From Candidatus Eremiobacteria bacterium (GTDB lineage Bacteria > Vulcanimicrobiota > Vulcanimicrobiia > Vulcanimicrobiales > Vulcanimicrobiaceae), in contig CAVTRC010000001.1 in NCBI GenBank assembly GCA_963737065.1, forward strand, positions 1,632,001-1,696,000: DNA of 64,000 nucleotides, written 5' to 3'. Numbering within the stretch: position 1 is the first letter of the stretch; every line of letters begins with the position of its first letter. The position numbers and the translations under genes were made by a program. Positions 37,897-48,082 of this stretch are shown piece by piece. The notes under the pieces are model-generated. The model was not told the DNA's origin. It did not search any database and worked only from the letters and a program-made list of their open reading frames with translations.

Positions 37897-39781
37897 TGCG
37901 TTAGCGCGCGCGATCGACTGGCTGATCGAACGGCAAGCACCGGACGGCTGGTGGACCGGCGAGCTCGAGTCGAACGTCACGATGACCGCGGAACACGTGT
38001 TGATGCTGCGGTTTTTAGGCGTCGATCTCGCCCCCATCCGTGACGGCGCGGTCAAGCACATCTTAGCGGAACAACGCGGCGACGGATCGTGGTCGCAATA
38101 CTTCGACGGTCCCGCGGATTTGAGCACGACGATCGAAGCGTACGTCGCGCTGAAAGTGCTCGGCATCGATCCGCGACACGACGCGATGAGGAACGCGCGG
38201 CGACTCATCCTCAGCCTCGGCGGTTTGGTCAACGCGCGCGTGTTTACCAAGATTTGGCTTGCGCTCTTCGGGAAGTATCCATGGGACGGCGTACCGTCGC
38301 TGCCGCCGGAGATCGTGTTCTTTCCGCCTTGGATGCCGTTTAATTTGTACGGCTTTTCGTGCTGGGCGCGCGGTACGGTCGCTCCGCTCACGCTCGTCGT
38401 CACGCGTCGTCCGGTACGAGAACTCGGCGTCGACATCGATGAACTGATCGTCGACGGGACACAGAAGTCCATGCACTGCGTCACGCGTAACGGTTTCTTT
38501 GGCCGGCTCGATCGCGCGCTGAAGTGGTACGATCGTTTGCCGTTGCAGCCGTTTCGGGCACGCGCAATGCGCGAAACCGTGAAGTGGATCGTCGAACGCC
38601 AAGAAGCCGATGGGAGTTGGGGCGGTATACAGCCGCCGTGGGTCTATTCACTGATGGCGCTTCACAATGAAGGCTTTGCGCTCGACCACGCGGTGATGCG
38701 CCGCGGGCTTGCCGGCGTTAACGTCTTTGCGATCGATGATGAACGCGGCTGGCGCTTTCAAGCATGCATGTCGCCGGTGTGGGATACCGCATGGGCCGTT
38801 CGCGCGCTCGCTGCGGCGGGATTCCGTCGCAGCCATCCCGTAATGCAGCGCGCGATCGCGTGGCTCTTACGCGAACAGATCGCCGCCGATCAGTTCGGTG
38901 ATTGGCAAGTACAGTGCGCCGGCGTGCCAAATGGCGGTTGGGCATTCGAATTCGACAACGACATCTATCCCGATATCGACGACACGGCGGTCGTGGTGCT
39001 TTCATTGCTCGAAGGCGGCGATCGCGATGCCGTTGCCGGGGCCGTCGCTCGCGGCGTGCGCTGGACACTCTCGATGCGTTCGCGCAACGGCGCGTGGGCT
39101 GCGTTCGACCGCAACAATACGAGCGAACTCGTGTACAAAATTCCGTTCGCCGACTTCGGCGCGTTGACCGATCCCCCAAGCGAAGACGTGACCGCGCACG
39201 TGCTCGAGATGATGGGCGTGCTCGGCTACGACGAGACCGACGAACACGTCGCCTCGGGGCTGAAATATTTACGCAAAATGCAGCGGCCGAACGGATCGTG
39301 GTTTGGACGTTGGGGCGTGAACTACGTGTATGGAACGTGGTGCGTGATCTCGGCGCTGTACGCGTTGCGCACGGGCGACGACATGATCGCGCGCGGTGCG
39401 GACTGGCTCGAGCGCACGCAAAACGACGACGGCGGGTGGGGCGAAACGTGTCATTCGTATGTCGACGAATCGTTTGCAGCCGTGGGCGCGAGTACGGCAT
39501 CGCAGACGGCGTGGGCGGTGATTGCACTCCAGCTCGCCGGGCGAGGCAAGAGCGAGGCGGCGCAGCGCGGACTGCGCTATCTCGCTGCGGCCCAGCGACC
39601 GGACGGCACCTGGGACGAGCCGCATTTTACGGGAACGGGCTTTCCAGGTTACTTTTACATCAACTATCATCTCTACCGGCACCTGTTTCCGCTGATGGCG
39701 TTGGCCATGGACAGCAGTACGCCGGCCACCATTTCATTCGACGTACCTACCGAGCAACAGGAGTACCTTACACCGTCATGA
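37874..39781 (+). CDS. shc: Squalene-hopene cyclase
   Basis: YPDIDDTA catalytic motif, QW repeats, FTGTGFP. Confidence 0.97.
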   Translation: MRSPHLVDALARAIDWLIERQAPDGWWTGELESNVTMTAEHVLMLRFLGVDLAPIRDGAVKHILAEQRGDGSWSQYFDGPADLSTTIEAYVALKVLGIDPRHDAMRNARRLILSLGGLVNARVFTKIWLALFGKYPWDGVPSLPPEIVFFPPWMPFNLYGFSCWARGTVAPLTLVVTRRPVRELGVDIDELIVDGTQKSMHCVTRNGFFGRLDRALKWYDRLPLQPFRARAMRETVKWIVERQEADGSWGGIQPPWVYSLMALHNEGFALDHAVMRRGLAGVNVFAIDDERGWRFQACMSPVWDTAWAVRALAAAGFRRSHPVMQRAIAWLLREQIAADQFGDWQVQCAGVPNGGWAFEFDNDIYPDIDDTAVVVLSLLEGGDRDAVAGAVARGVRWTLSMRSRNGAWAAFDRNNTSELVYKIPFADFGALTDPPSEDVTAHVLEMMGVLGYDETDEHVASGLKYLRKMQRPNGSWFGRWGVNYVYGTWCVISALYALRTGDDMIARGADWLERTQNDDGGWGETCHSYVDESFAAVGASTASQTAWAVIALQLAGRGKSEAAQRGLRYLAAAQRPDGTWDEPHFTGTGFPGYFYINYHLYRHLFPLMALAMDSSTPATISFDVPTEQQEYLTPS

Positions 39782-40785
39782 GCATGCCGCTGCGCCAACA
39801 ACTGGCCGTCGGATCGTACATTATGAGCAAGAAGCTCAAGGGCGAAAAGAAATATCCGCTCGTCCTCGAGCTGGAACCGCTCTTGCAGTGCAATCTCGCA
39901 TGTGCGGGCTGCGGAAAAATTTCGCATCCGACCGACATTTTGCGCCGCCGCTTGAGCGTCGAAGAATGCATTTCGGCGGTGGAAGAGTGCGGCGCACCGA
40001 TCGTCTCAGTCGCCGGCGGCGAACCGCTCGTGCACGAACAGATGCCGCAGATCGTACAAGCGCTGGTCGATCGCAAGAAGTTCGTCTTTCTCTGCACGAA
40101 CGCGCTGTTGCTCGAGAAGAAAATCCATCAGTACACGCCCTCTCCGTATTTCGCGTGGATGATTCACATGGACGGCTTGAAGGAACGGCACGATGAGTCG
40201 GTCTGCCGCGAAGGCGTGTTCGACAAAGCCGTTGCGGCGATCAAGGTGGCGAAGGAACGCGGCTTTCGCGTTTTCACGAATACGACGTTTTTCAACAAAG
40301 ACGATGCATCGTCGATTCGGGCGGTGCTGAATTATCTCAATGACGACTTGAAGGTCGACTCAATGCAGATCTCGCCCGCGTACGCGTACGAAAAGGCGCC
40401 GGATCAGGAGCATTTCTTGGGCGTGGAACAGACGCGGAAAGTCTTTCGTGAAGCATTCGCCGGCGGAGCGCGCAACCGTTGGCGGCTCAACCACAGTCCG
40501 GTATATCTCGACTTTCTCGAAGGAAAGGTCGACTTCGAGTGCACGCCGTGGGGCATTCCCTGCTACACCGTGTTCGGTTGGCAGCGTCCGTGTTACCTGA
40601 TGTCCGACGCGCCGTACGCGAAGACGTACAAGGAACTCATCGAGGAGACCGACTGGGACAAATACGGGCGCGGCAAGCATCCCAGCTGCGCGAATTGCAT
40701 GGCGCACTGCGGATACGAACCGACCGCGGTGTTGCGCACGACCGGGTCGGTGAAAGAGTCGATACGCGCCGCCATTGGCCGCTGA
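39778..40785 (+). CDS. hpnH: Adenosyl-hopene transferase HpnH (radical SAM)
   Basis: YPLVLELEPL..CNLACAGC, CTPWG, CANCMAHCGYE. Confidence 0.95.
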   Translation: MSMPLRQQLAVGSYIMSKKLKGEKKYPLVLELEPLLQCNLACAGCGKISHPTDILRRRLSVEECISAVEECGAPIVSVAGGEPLVHEQMPQIVQALVDRKKFVFLCTNALLLEKKIHQYTPSPYFAWMIHMDGLKERHDESVCREGVFDKAVAAIKVAKERGFRVFTNTTFFNKDDASSIRAVLNYLNDDLKVDSMQISPAYAYEKAPDQEHFLGVEQTRKVFREAFAGGARNRWRLNHSPVYLDFLEGKVDFECTPWGIPCYTVFGWQRPCYLMSDAPYAKTYKELIEETDWDKYGRGKHPSCANCMAHCGYEPTAVLRTTGSVKESIRAAIGR

Positions 40786-41719
40786 CCGCGTATTCCTGAC
40801 GGGCGCGACCGGATTCGTCGGCGCGCACGTTCTTCGCGCGCTGCTCGAGCGCGGCTACGCCGTCCGCGCGCTCGTGCGCGATCCGGCCGTTATCCTGGGA
40901 CAATGCGAAACGGTTACGGGCGATCTGACGCGCGCCGGTGAACTCGTCCGCGCGTTGCGGGATTGCAGGTACGTGATGCACTGCGCGGCGCTCTATTCGT
41001 TTACACCGCGCGACCGCCCGATGTTGCACGCCGTTAATGTGAAAGGTACGGCCGGTCTTCTCATGGCGGCCCATCACGCCGGCGTTGAGCGTGCGGTCGT
41101 GACGTCGAGTTCCGCGACGCTCGGTGTTGCGGCGGTAACGCGTCGCGACGACTATCACGCGTCCAAACTGCTGCAAGAACACGAAGCGTTTTCCGCGCGC
41201 GTTCCGGTCGTTGCGGTGTTGCCGACGGCGCCGGTTGGGCCCGGTGACTGGAAGCCGACGCCGACCGGCAAGATGATTCTCGATTTTGCGCGCGGCGCGA
41301 TGTTCGCGAAGCCGCCCGGACAGGGCGGTATGAACCTCGTCGCCGTCGAGGACGTCGCGGACGCGCACGTGTCGGCGCTCGAACGCGGCCGCCCCGGCGA
41401 ACGCTATGTTGCGGGCGGCGAGAACTTCAGCTTCGACCGGTTGTGGGAGCTGCTCGCGGAACTGACGGGACGCAGCGTTCCATCATTCCGCGCGCCGTAC
41501 GCGCTCGCGCTTGCGGTCGCGTACGTCGATGAAGCACGCTGCCGCGTCGTTCCGGGCGCGCGTCCGTTCGCGCCGTTGGAAGGTGTGCACATGGCGCGCC
41601 GGCGCATGTTCGCCGATTCGTCGAAAGCGATCCACGAACTCGATTACCGCCCGCGTTCCGTGCGCGCGGCGCTCAAACGCGCTCTCGACTGGTATCGCGC
41701 TCACGGCTACTGTTCGTGA
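40775..41719 (+). CDS. hpnA: Hopanoid-associated NAD-dependent epimerase/dehydratase HpnA
   Basis: GATGFVG, YHASK, PVGPGDWKPTPTG. Confidence 0.88.
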   Translation: MAADRVFLTGATGFVGAHVLRALLERGYAVRALVRDPAVILGQCETVTGDLTRAGELVRALRDCRYVMHCAALYSFTPRDRPMLHAVNVKGTAGLLMAAHHAGVERAVVTSSSATLGVAAVTRRDDYHASKLLQEHEAFSARVPVVAVLPTAPVGPGDWKPTPTGKMILDFARGAMFAKPPGQGGMNLVAVEDVADAHVSALERGRPGERYVAGGENFSFDRLWELLAELTGRSVPSFRAPYALALAVAYVDEARCRVVPGARPFAPLEGVHMARRRMFADSSKAIHELDYRPRSVRAALKRALDWYRAHGYCS

Positions 41720-42330
41720 TCGATTCGCGCGACCTCACGGTCATCGCGGCAACCGCACTCGAAGCGCGCGCGGTGCGCCGCGTGTGCCGGCAGCTCGCGG
41801 TCGTGGAGTCCGGAATTGCGCTCGCGAAACTCGACCGCTCGCGGTTGACCGATTCGGTTATCAGCTGCGGCGTTGCGGGCGGATTATCAGCGGAGCTGCC
41901 CACCGGCGCGGTTCTTATTCCGCGCGAGGTCGCGAGGGCGAACGGCGAGCGGCTCGCGTGCGACGCATCATTGCAACGCGCGCTCGTTGAGTCGTCGCGA
42001 CGCCTCGGATTCGAGCCGGTCGAAGCGCCGATGCTCACGAGCGCAGGGATCGTTCACGGCGCCGATCGCGCGCGTTTTTCACAACGCGGGTACACCGGCG
42101 TCGACATGGAGAGTGGACTTCTCACCGCGCCGCGCATCGCCGTCGTCCGCGTCATTCTCGACACGCCGCAACATGAACTTTCTGCAGCATGGGCGCGCCC
42201 CGCGTCCGCGCTGCTGAATCCATTTCTCTGGCCGCAAGCCGTGTGGCTCGCACGCAACGCACCGCGTTGCGCGCGCGTTGCAGCGCACATCATATGCGAA
42301 GCGCTAGAAGCCCCGCATGCGGCTGCGTAG
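41716..42330 (+). CDS. hpnG: Nucleoside phosphorylase-like HpnG
   Basis: SCGVAGGL, VDMES, VRVILD; position in the hpn operon. Confidence 0.8.
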   Translation: MIDSRDLTVIAATALEARAVRRVCRQLAVVESGIALAKLDRSRLTDSVISCGVAGGLSAELPTGAVLIPREVARANGERLACDASLQRALVESSRRLGFEPVEAPMLTSAGIVHGADRARFSQRGYTGVDMESGLLTAPRIAVVRVILDTPQHELSAAWARPASALLNPFLWPQAVWLARNAPRCARVAAHIICEALEAPHAAA

Positions 42331-43119
42331 CCAAGCTTTGTGCTGAGATGCGACGCGGGTCCACAGCGCGCTCATGCGATCCGTCTCCAGATCGAAGTGC
42401 TCGTTCAGGATGCGTGCGAGCGCATCGGCATTCGGAGCCGTCTCTTCACTCATCCCGGTATCGCTTTGAATTTGCAGCGCGGCATTCGTGAGCCGAACCA
42501 TCCCACGATCCGTTAACTTCGTGACGATGAGGTTCTGCACGAACGGCGATTCCGCCGTCGTCGCGAGTAAACGCGCCTTCGGCTCAAACTCTTCATACGC
42601 GCGCGGTTGCTCGGTGAAGTCGTACGTCGAGCCGTCCTGGCGATGATTGTGAAAGCGCCACCACTCGCCGTCGCGCGTTAAGCGAAACTCGAACCGCCCG
42701 TCAGAGAAAAGGCCCTCTTCGAGCGCCGCCGGCGTCAACATGCCGTTTCCGAATCCGACATCGGCCAGAAACGTCTTGTCGAGATGCACGATCAGCACGA
42801 GATGGTTCATCAGCGCCACGTCGCCGTTCTTTTCCCGGTGCACGGCGCCGCCCGCAAAATCAACGTCGAATCCGAGTTCGCGCAACGCCCAGCCGAACAG
42901 CCCGTTCATTTCGTAACACCATCCGCCGCGCCGCTCGTCGACGATCTTCTTGAAGACCGTATCGAGGTCGAACGACCGTCGAACGCCTAACTGAACGTCG
43001 AGGTTTTCGAACGGGATCGCAAGCAGATGCGCGCGGTGAAGGTTGCGCAGCGTTTGCCGCGATGGTGAGAGCGGACCACCGTAATTGATACGGCGAAGGT
43101 AGCGATGGAGCCGCGTCAC
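42304..43119 (-). CDS. Arylamine N-acetyltransferase
   Basis: IPFENLD, RRGGWCYEMN, NHLVL, ADVGFG (Cys-His-Asp triad). Confidence 0.92.
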   Translation of the reverse strand: MTRLHRYLRRINYGGPLSPSRQTLRNLHRAHLLAIPFENLDVQLGVRRSFDLDTVFKKIVDERRGGWCYEMNGLFGWALRELGFDVDFAGGAVHREKNGDVALMNHLVLIVHLDKTFLADVGFGNGMLTPAALEEGLFSDGRFEFRLTRDGEWWRFHNHRQDGSTYDFTEQPRAYEEFEPKARLLATTAESPFVQNLIVTKLTDRGMVRLTNAALQIQSDTGMSEETAPNADALARILNEHFDLETDRMSALWTRVASQHKAWLRSRMRGF

Positions 43120-43128
43120 GCGATACGC

Positions 43129-44535
43129 TTACACCGCTTTCACCGCGGCGGTAAGTGCGTCCACCGATGCTTTGGCATCGCCGAAGAGCATTGCCGTATT
43201 CGGCATTTCGTAGAGCGGATTATCGATGCCCGCAAACCCCGAACGCATCGAGCGTTTCAGGACGATGACGTTGCCCGCCTTATCGACGTCGAGGATCGGC
43301 ATGCCGTAGATCGGCGAACTCGTGACGTTTCGCGCGGCCGGATTCGTGACGTCGTTCGCTCCGATGACGAGCGCGACGTCCGTCGTCGGAAATTCTGCGT
43401 TTGCGGCGTCGAGATCGAGAAGTTCTTCGTACGGGACGTTCGATTCGGCCAGCAAGACGTTCATATGTCCCGGCATACGGCCGGCAACGGGATGGATCGA
43501 ATAAAACACGTGGACGCCGCGCTTCTCGAGTTGATCCGCGAGCGCTTTCACGCTGTGCTGCGCCTGCGCGACCGCCATGCCGTACCCGGGCACGAACATG
43601 ACTTTGTTCGCATAGGCAAGCATGATCGCAACGTCGTCGGCATTGATGCTGCGGACGTTTTGCTGACCGCCGGCGGTCGCAGCCGCCGATTGGCTTCCGC
43701 CCGCCGCACCGAATGCCCCGAAGAGCACGTTCGTGAGCGGACGATTCATCGCTTTACTCATGTCGACCGTCAAAATCGTACCGCTCGCGCCGACGAGCGC
43801 GCCGCAGATGATGAGCAGCACGGAGTCGAGTTCGAATCCGGTGATCGCAACGGCAAGACCGGTGAACGAGTTTAGTAGCGAGATCACGACCGGCATATCG
43901 GCTCCGCCGATCGGTAAAACGAAGAGCACGCCGAGAGCAAGCGCCGAGGCGAGCAATCCGAGGAAGGCTCCGGCCGGCAGTGTGCCGGACGTCGCGATAA
44001 ACCACACGCCGAGTGCAACAATCGCGAGCGCGATCAGCGCGTTGACGATTTGCTGTCCCGGATATGTGATGGGGCGCCCGGTCATCACCTCTTGTAACTT
44101 GAGGAAAGCGATGATCGAGCCCGCAATGCTGATCGCACCGATGATCATCGATAAGACGAGCGAGACGGAAACGACCGGCGTGAAGACGTTTGCGCTCTGC
44201 AGCGAGACATAGTATTCTACGACGCCGATCGTTGCGGCCGCGCCGCCGCCGGCGCCGTTGTAAAGCGCGACCATTTGCGGCATCGCGGTCATCTTGACGC
44301 GCACCGCGGCGATGATGCCGACCGCGGCGCCGACGATGATGCCGATCGCAATCGGCCACCAACCGATGCCCGCGGTTTGCACGAGCACGATGACAAGCGC
44401 GATCAACATGCCGACCGCCGCGAGCCGATTACCGAACCGCGCGGTCGGTGGCGCGTTGAGAAAATGCAGGCCGAGAATGAACAGTGCGATGGCGACGAGA
44501 TCGAGCAGCGACGCGGTAAGCGCTGACGCCGTCAC
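43129..44535 (-). CDS. pntB: NAD(P) transhydrogenase beta subunit
   Basis: MTAMPQMVA, IGGADMPVVISLLNS, HPVAGRMPGHMNVLLAE, GANDVTNP. Confidence 0.95.
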   Translation of the reverse strand: MTASALTASLLDLVAIALFILGLHFLNAPPTARFGNRLAAVGMLIALVIVLVQTAGIGWWPIAIGIIVGAAVGIIAAVRVKMTAMPQMVALYNGAGGGAAATIGVVEYYVSLQSANVFTPVVSVSLVLSMIIGAISIAGSIIAFLKLQEVMTGRPITYPGQQIVNALIALAIVALGVWFIATSGTLPAGAFLGLLASALALGVLFVLPIGGADMPVVISLLNSFTGLAVAITGFELDSVLLIICGALVGASGTILTVDMSKAMNRPLTNVLFGAFGAAGGSQSAAATAGGQQNVRSINADDVAIMLAYANKVMFVPGYGMAVAQAQHSVKALADQLEKRGVHVFYSIHPVAGRMPGHMNVLLAESNVPYEELLDLDAANAEFPTTDVALVIGANDVTNPAARNVTSSPIYGMPILDVDKAGNVIVLKRSMRSGFAGIDNPLYEMPNTAMLFGDAKASVDALTAAVKAV

Positions 44536-44847
44536 TACTTGCTCTCCTTGCGCCGGAACATCTGCAGCATCCGTTCGGTGACGGCGAACCCGCCGAACAC
44601 ATTGATCGCGCCGAGCGTGACGGCGATGATCGCGAGGACCGTTGCCGCGACATGGTTGCCGCCGGCCGAAAAGAGCGCCGCGGTAACGGCGATTGCGCCG
44701 GCGAGCACGATACCGTGGATCGCGTTCGTCGCCGACATGAGCGGCGTATGCAGCGTCGTCGGGAACTTTCGAGATCACTTCGAAGCCGACGAACACCGCC
44801 AGCACGAACACGGTGAGAAGCTCGATGAAATGACTCACGTCGGTCAC
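44535..44847 (-). CDS. pntA: NAD(P) transhydrogenase alpha subunit part 2, with a frameshift at about 44761
   Basis: VFVLAVFVGFEVISKVP in one frame, TLHTPLMSATNAIHG...NVFGGFAVTERMLQMF in another; length is 3n+1. Confidence 0.88.
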
Positions 44848-45965
44848 GATGCGGAACCTCCGGCCAGTGCCTGCCCGTCGCGCGTAATGCACGCGCCTTT
44901 GATGACGTCGTCGTTGAAATCCAGGGCTATCGCGCCGTCTTTGATAAACGGCGAGAGCAAGGCGTAAACGTTGCGCGAGTAGAGCTGGCTCGCGTTGTGC
45001 GGCATCGTCGACGCCAGGTTTGTCGTGCCGATGATCGTCACGCCGTTGCCGGTGACGATCGTTTCGTCCGGTTTCGTCAGCGCCGCATTGCCGCCGGCTT
45101 CCGCCGCGAGATCGACGATCACCGAGCCGGGTTTCATTGCGGCGATCGCCGCGTCGCTGATCAGAATCGGCGCCCGGCGACCGGGGACGAGCGCGGTCGT
45201 AACGACGACGTCGTTCTTGCCGATTTGCTCGACCATCCACGCGCGTTGGCGCTCTTGCTGTTCCGGGGTCAACTCTTTTGCGTAGCCGCCCGCGCCTTCC
45301 GCGCTTTCGCCGAGATTGAATTCAAGGAACGTCGCGCCGAGCGACTGCACTTGTTCTTTCACGACCGCGCGCACGTCGTAGCCGCTCACCACGGCACCGA
45401 GCCGCCGCGCGGTCGCGATTGCTTGCAAACCCGCAACGCCCGCGCCCAAGATCAACGCGCGCGCCGGCGGAATCGTGCCGGCCGCGGTCGTGAGCATCGG
45501 GAAGAATTTCGGCAATGCTGCAGCTGCGAGCAATACTGCTTTATATCCCGCGATGTTGCTTTGCGAGGACAGAGCATCCATCGACTGCGCGCGCGTTATG
45601 CGCGGAATCATCTCCATCGCAAGCGCCGTAACGCCGGCGGACGCGAGCTTCTGTACGATGCCGGGATCCCCGAGCGGATTCAAAAAGCCGACGAGGATCG
45701 AGCCCGGCCGCAGTTGCGCAAAAAACTCAGGCGCCTCTTTGCCCACGGTCACGACGACGTCGGCGGAAGAAAGAAGAGCGGCCGGGTCATCAACGATCGA
45801 TGCGCCGGCCTTCTCGTATTCTCGATCGGGAAAGGCGGCGGAAACTCCGGCGCCGCGCGCAATGCGAACCTCCGCACCGGATTTCACAAGCCGTTGTGCG
45901 GTCTCCGGGACGAGCGCCACTCGGCGTTCGCTTAGAGCACTCTCTCGCGGAACGGCGACGATCAT
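44844..45965 (-). CDS. pntA: NAD(P) transhydrogenase alpha subunit part 1
   Basis: ERRVAL.P, RAQSMDALSSQ, GAGVAG, DLAAEAGGN. Confidence 0.95.
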   Translation of the reverse strand: MIVAVPRESALSERRVALVPETAQRLVKSGAEVRIARGAGVSAAFPDREYEKAGASIVDDPAALLSSADVVVTVGKEAPEFFAQLRPGSILVGFLNPLGDPGIVQKLASAGVTALAMEMIPRITRAQSMDALSSQSNIAGYKAVLLAAAALPKFFPMLTTAAGTIPPARALILGAGVAGLQAIATARRLGAVVSGYDVRAVVKEQVQSLGATFLEFNLGESAEGAGGYAKELTPEQQERQRAWMVEQIGKNDVVVTTALVPGRRAPILISDAAIAAMKPGSVIVDLAAEAGGNAALTKPDETIVTGNGVTIIGTTNLASTMPHNASQLYSRNVYALLSPFIKDGAIALDFNDDVIKGACITRDGQALAGGSAS

Positions 45966-46004
45966 GTCGCGTGCGTTCCCGCGCGCGATTACCCCATCCT
46001 GCGG

Positions 46005-46373
46005 CTAAGGTACGAGCGACAAAACGATGATGACGAGAAATACAACCGCGCCGCCGAGATGCGCACCGTGTTCGCTGCGCAGCCGCCGCGAAAACGTTAC
46101 CGCGAGGAAAAAGTCGGCGATCGACAGCGCCAATCCGATGATGCAGAGAAAGAGCACCTCGATCAGATCTTGACGGAATGCAATAAACGCTAAGATGATA
46201 CCGAACGCGATGTCGCGCGCACCGGTCGCGCGCACCCAGACGAGCGCTGCGCGATCGCGCGCCTCCACGCCGTACGTGCGCGCCAAACGGCGCGGAGAGA
46301 TCAGCGCGAGCGCGCCGACCGCGAACAGTCCGATGGCCGCCAGGCCGCAGAGTTTGAGCGCAACGTCAATCAA
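46005..46373 (-). CDS. DUF4267-like membrane protein
   Basis: 4 TM segments with a GARD motif. Confidence 0.6.
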   Translation of the reverse strand: MIDVALKLCGLAAIGLFAVGALALISPRRLARTYGVEARDRAALVWVRATGARDIAFGIILAFIAFRQDLIEVLFLCIIGLALSIADFFLAVTFSRRLRSEHGAHLGGAVVFLVIIVLSLVP

Positions 46374-47214
46374 TGGAGATCCGGTTTTTCAGGACTCCGA
46401 TCTTTTCGATGTCGACTTCCATGCTGTCGCCGTCGCGGAGAAATTCGGGAGGCGTTCGCGCGAAGCCGACGCCTTCGGGCGTGCCGGTCGCGATGACGTC
46501 ACCCGGCTCGAGCGTCATGCCCTTCGAGAGCTCCGCGATCAGGCGAGGGATGCGGAAGATCATGTTGGCGGTGTTGCTGCGTTGCTTCTCGACGCCGTTG
46601 ACTCGAAATGCGATTTGCAGCATCTGCGGGTCGCCGATTTCATCGGCAGAGACGATCCACGGGCCGATCGGCGCGCAATCGTCGAGGCTCTTGCCCTTGA
46701 ACCATTGAAGATGCGCCCGCTGCAAATCGCGTGCGGTGACGTCGTTGAACGCGGTGTAACCGAAAACGACGGCGTGCGCGTCGGCTTCGCTCACGTCTTT
46801 GCAACGCGCGCCGATGATGACGCCGAGTTCCGCTTCGAAGTCGTATTCACTCGAAACGTGGGCGTCGAGATGCAATGTTGCATCCGGCGCTGCGATGGCC
46901 GTTGGTGCTTTTGTGAAGAACGTCGGAACGTCTGGCAGTTTTAACTCACGACCGGACGCCCGCGCGCCTTCTTTCGCGTGTTCGAGATAATTGCGTCCCA
47001 CACAAAAGATATTGCGGCGCGGACGCAGCGGGGCATCGAACGTAACGTTCGCGAGCGGCGTTAATTCATCGCCGGAGTGCCATGCGACACGTTCGTGCGG
47101 CGCAAGAGCGATATACTCGAGAAGCGTCGGCGTTGAGATCGTGCGAACGCCATCGCCCTCGATGACGCCCGGACGAAACCGGCCGTCACGCGTACGAAAC
47201 GTAACAAAGCGCAT
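46366..47214 (-). CDS. Fumarylacetoacetate hydrolase family protein
   Basis: CVGRNY..H, DFEAEL, NDVTARD, GKS.D, TGTPEGVG. Confidence 0.93.
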   Translation of the reverse strand: MRFVTFRTRDGRFRPGVIEGDGVRTISTPTLLEYIALAPHERVAWHSGDELTPLANVTFDAPLRPRRNIFCVGRNYLEHAKEGARASGRELKLPDVPTFFTKAPTAIAAPDATLHLDAHVSSEYDFEAELGVIIGARCKDVSEADAHAVVFGYTAFNDVTARDLQRAHLQWFKGKSLDDCAPIGPWIVSADEIGDPQMLQIAFRVNGVEKQRSNTANMIFRIPRLIAELSKGMTLEPGDVIATGTPEGVGFARTPPEFLRDGDSMEVDIEKIGVLKNRISID

Positions 47215-47234
47215 CGTCAGGGCTCCCTAATGGA

Positions 47235-47450
47235 TCATTCCTTGCGGCTGGTGAGATGCCACAGCGCGCAATACCGGCACTGATAGATCGAAAGGCGGCC
47301 GATCGTGCCGTTCGTGAGCATCGCCGCGTGCGCATGCGCTTCGCTTTCATAGGCAGCTTTCGACGTGCAACTGCGCTCGCGTCCGCCGCCGTCGTCGAGA
47401 AATGGAATCCGAGGAAGCGGCTTACGGCCGGTGCGTCGGCGATGGGGCAA
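47235..47450 (-). CDS. Small putative zinc-binding protein (71 aa)
   Basis: C..K..Y...YQCRYCALWHLT pattern. Confidence 0.6.
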   Translation of the reverse strand: MPHRRRTGRKPLPRIPFLDDGGGRERSCTSKAAYESEAHAHAAMLTNGTIGRLSIYQCRYCALWHLTSRKE

Positions 47451-47982
47451 CGATTTTGTTGAGATCGGGCAGGGCGTTGTTCTTCTTTTGTTGCTCTTGC
47501 TGTTGTTTTTGTGCCGACGCGCGCGATTCGGCTTCGGCTTTGTTCATCATATCGGTTGCAGCACCGAGTTTATCGCCCCAGTTCCCGCCGCGGGAGATGA
47601 TGTCGACGCCGCGATGCACGTCGTGTGTTTTCGGATCGTAATCGTACGTCACCTTATACAAACCGACTTCCGCCGTACCGTCGGCGTGACGGATCCACAT
47701 TTGCAGGACGTTGCCGTACGTTTGCGCGTTGAACGTCAGACACGGTTGTTGCTGGTTTTTCGGGCACTGCTTTGCCGAGTGCCCGGACTTCACACGTACG
47801 ACTTGACCCTTTTTGTTCACCTCGACCACGAAGTCGGTGTGCATCTTGTACGGCGGCATGTACGGCGTCGGCAGTGGGCGTGGCGTTCCGTGCGGCGCCG
47901 GCGTCGCCGCGGTAACCGGAGCAAGCGTTGTGGCGAGCGAAACGCCGAGCGCGAACGCCCAGCCGGCAAATCGGATCTTCAT
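47422..47982 (-). CDS. Secreted hypothetical protein
   Basis: Signal peptide, Pro-rich segment, FVVEVNKKGQV, Gln-rich tail. Confidence 0.65.
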   Translation of the reverse strand: MKIRFAGWAFALGVSLATTLAPVTAATPAPHGTPRPLPTPYMPPYKMHTDFVVEVNKKGQVVRVKSGHSAKQCPKNQQQPCLTFNAQTYGNVLQMWIRHADGTAEVGLYKVTYDYDPKTHDVHRGVDIISRGGNWGDKLGAATDMMNKAEAESRASAQKQQQEQQKKNNALPDLNKIVAPSPTHRP

Positions 47983-48082
47983 GACTGCTTTCGAAACGGC
48001 AAAAATCCGGTCTGGAGTTCCCGGAGCAGCCAAGCTGTTCCCCCGGGACGTTCGCGCAGACGGCGCGAAGCAATCCGGTGTC

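Noticed and set aside
38902..39777. Long N-terminal extension of hpnH, and other long antisense or overlapping ORFs such as 9675-11081 and 47654-49240
   Set aside because: Shadow ORFs expected in GC-rich DNA; Arg-rich with no recognisable motifs.
43129..45240. 703-aa ORF suggesting a pntA-pntB fusion
   Set aside because: Artefact of the frameshift at about 44761 and open shadow frames; pntB has its own GTG start at 44535.
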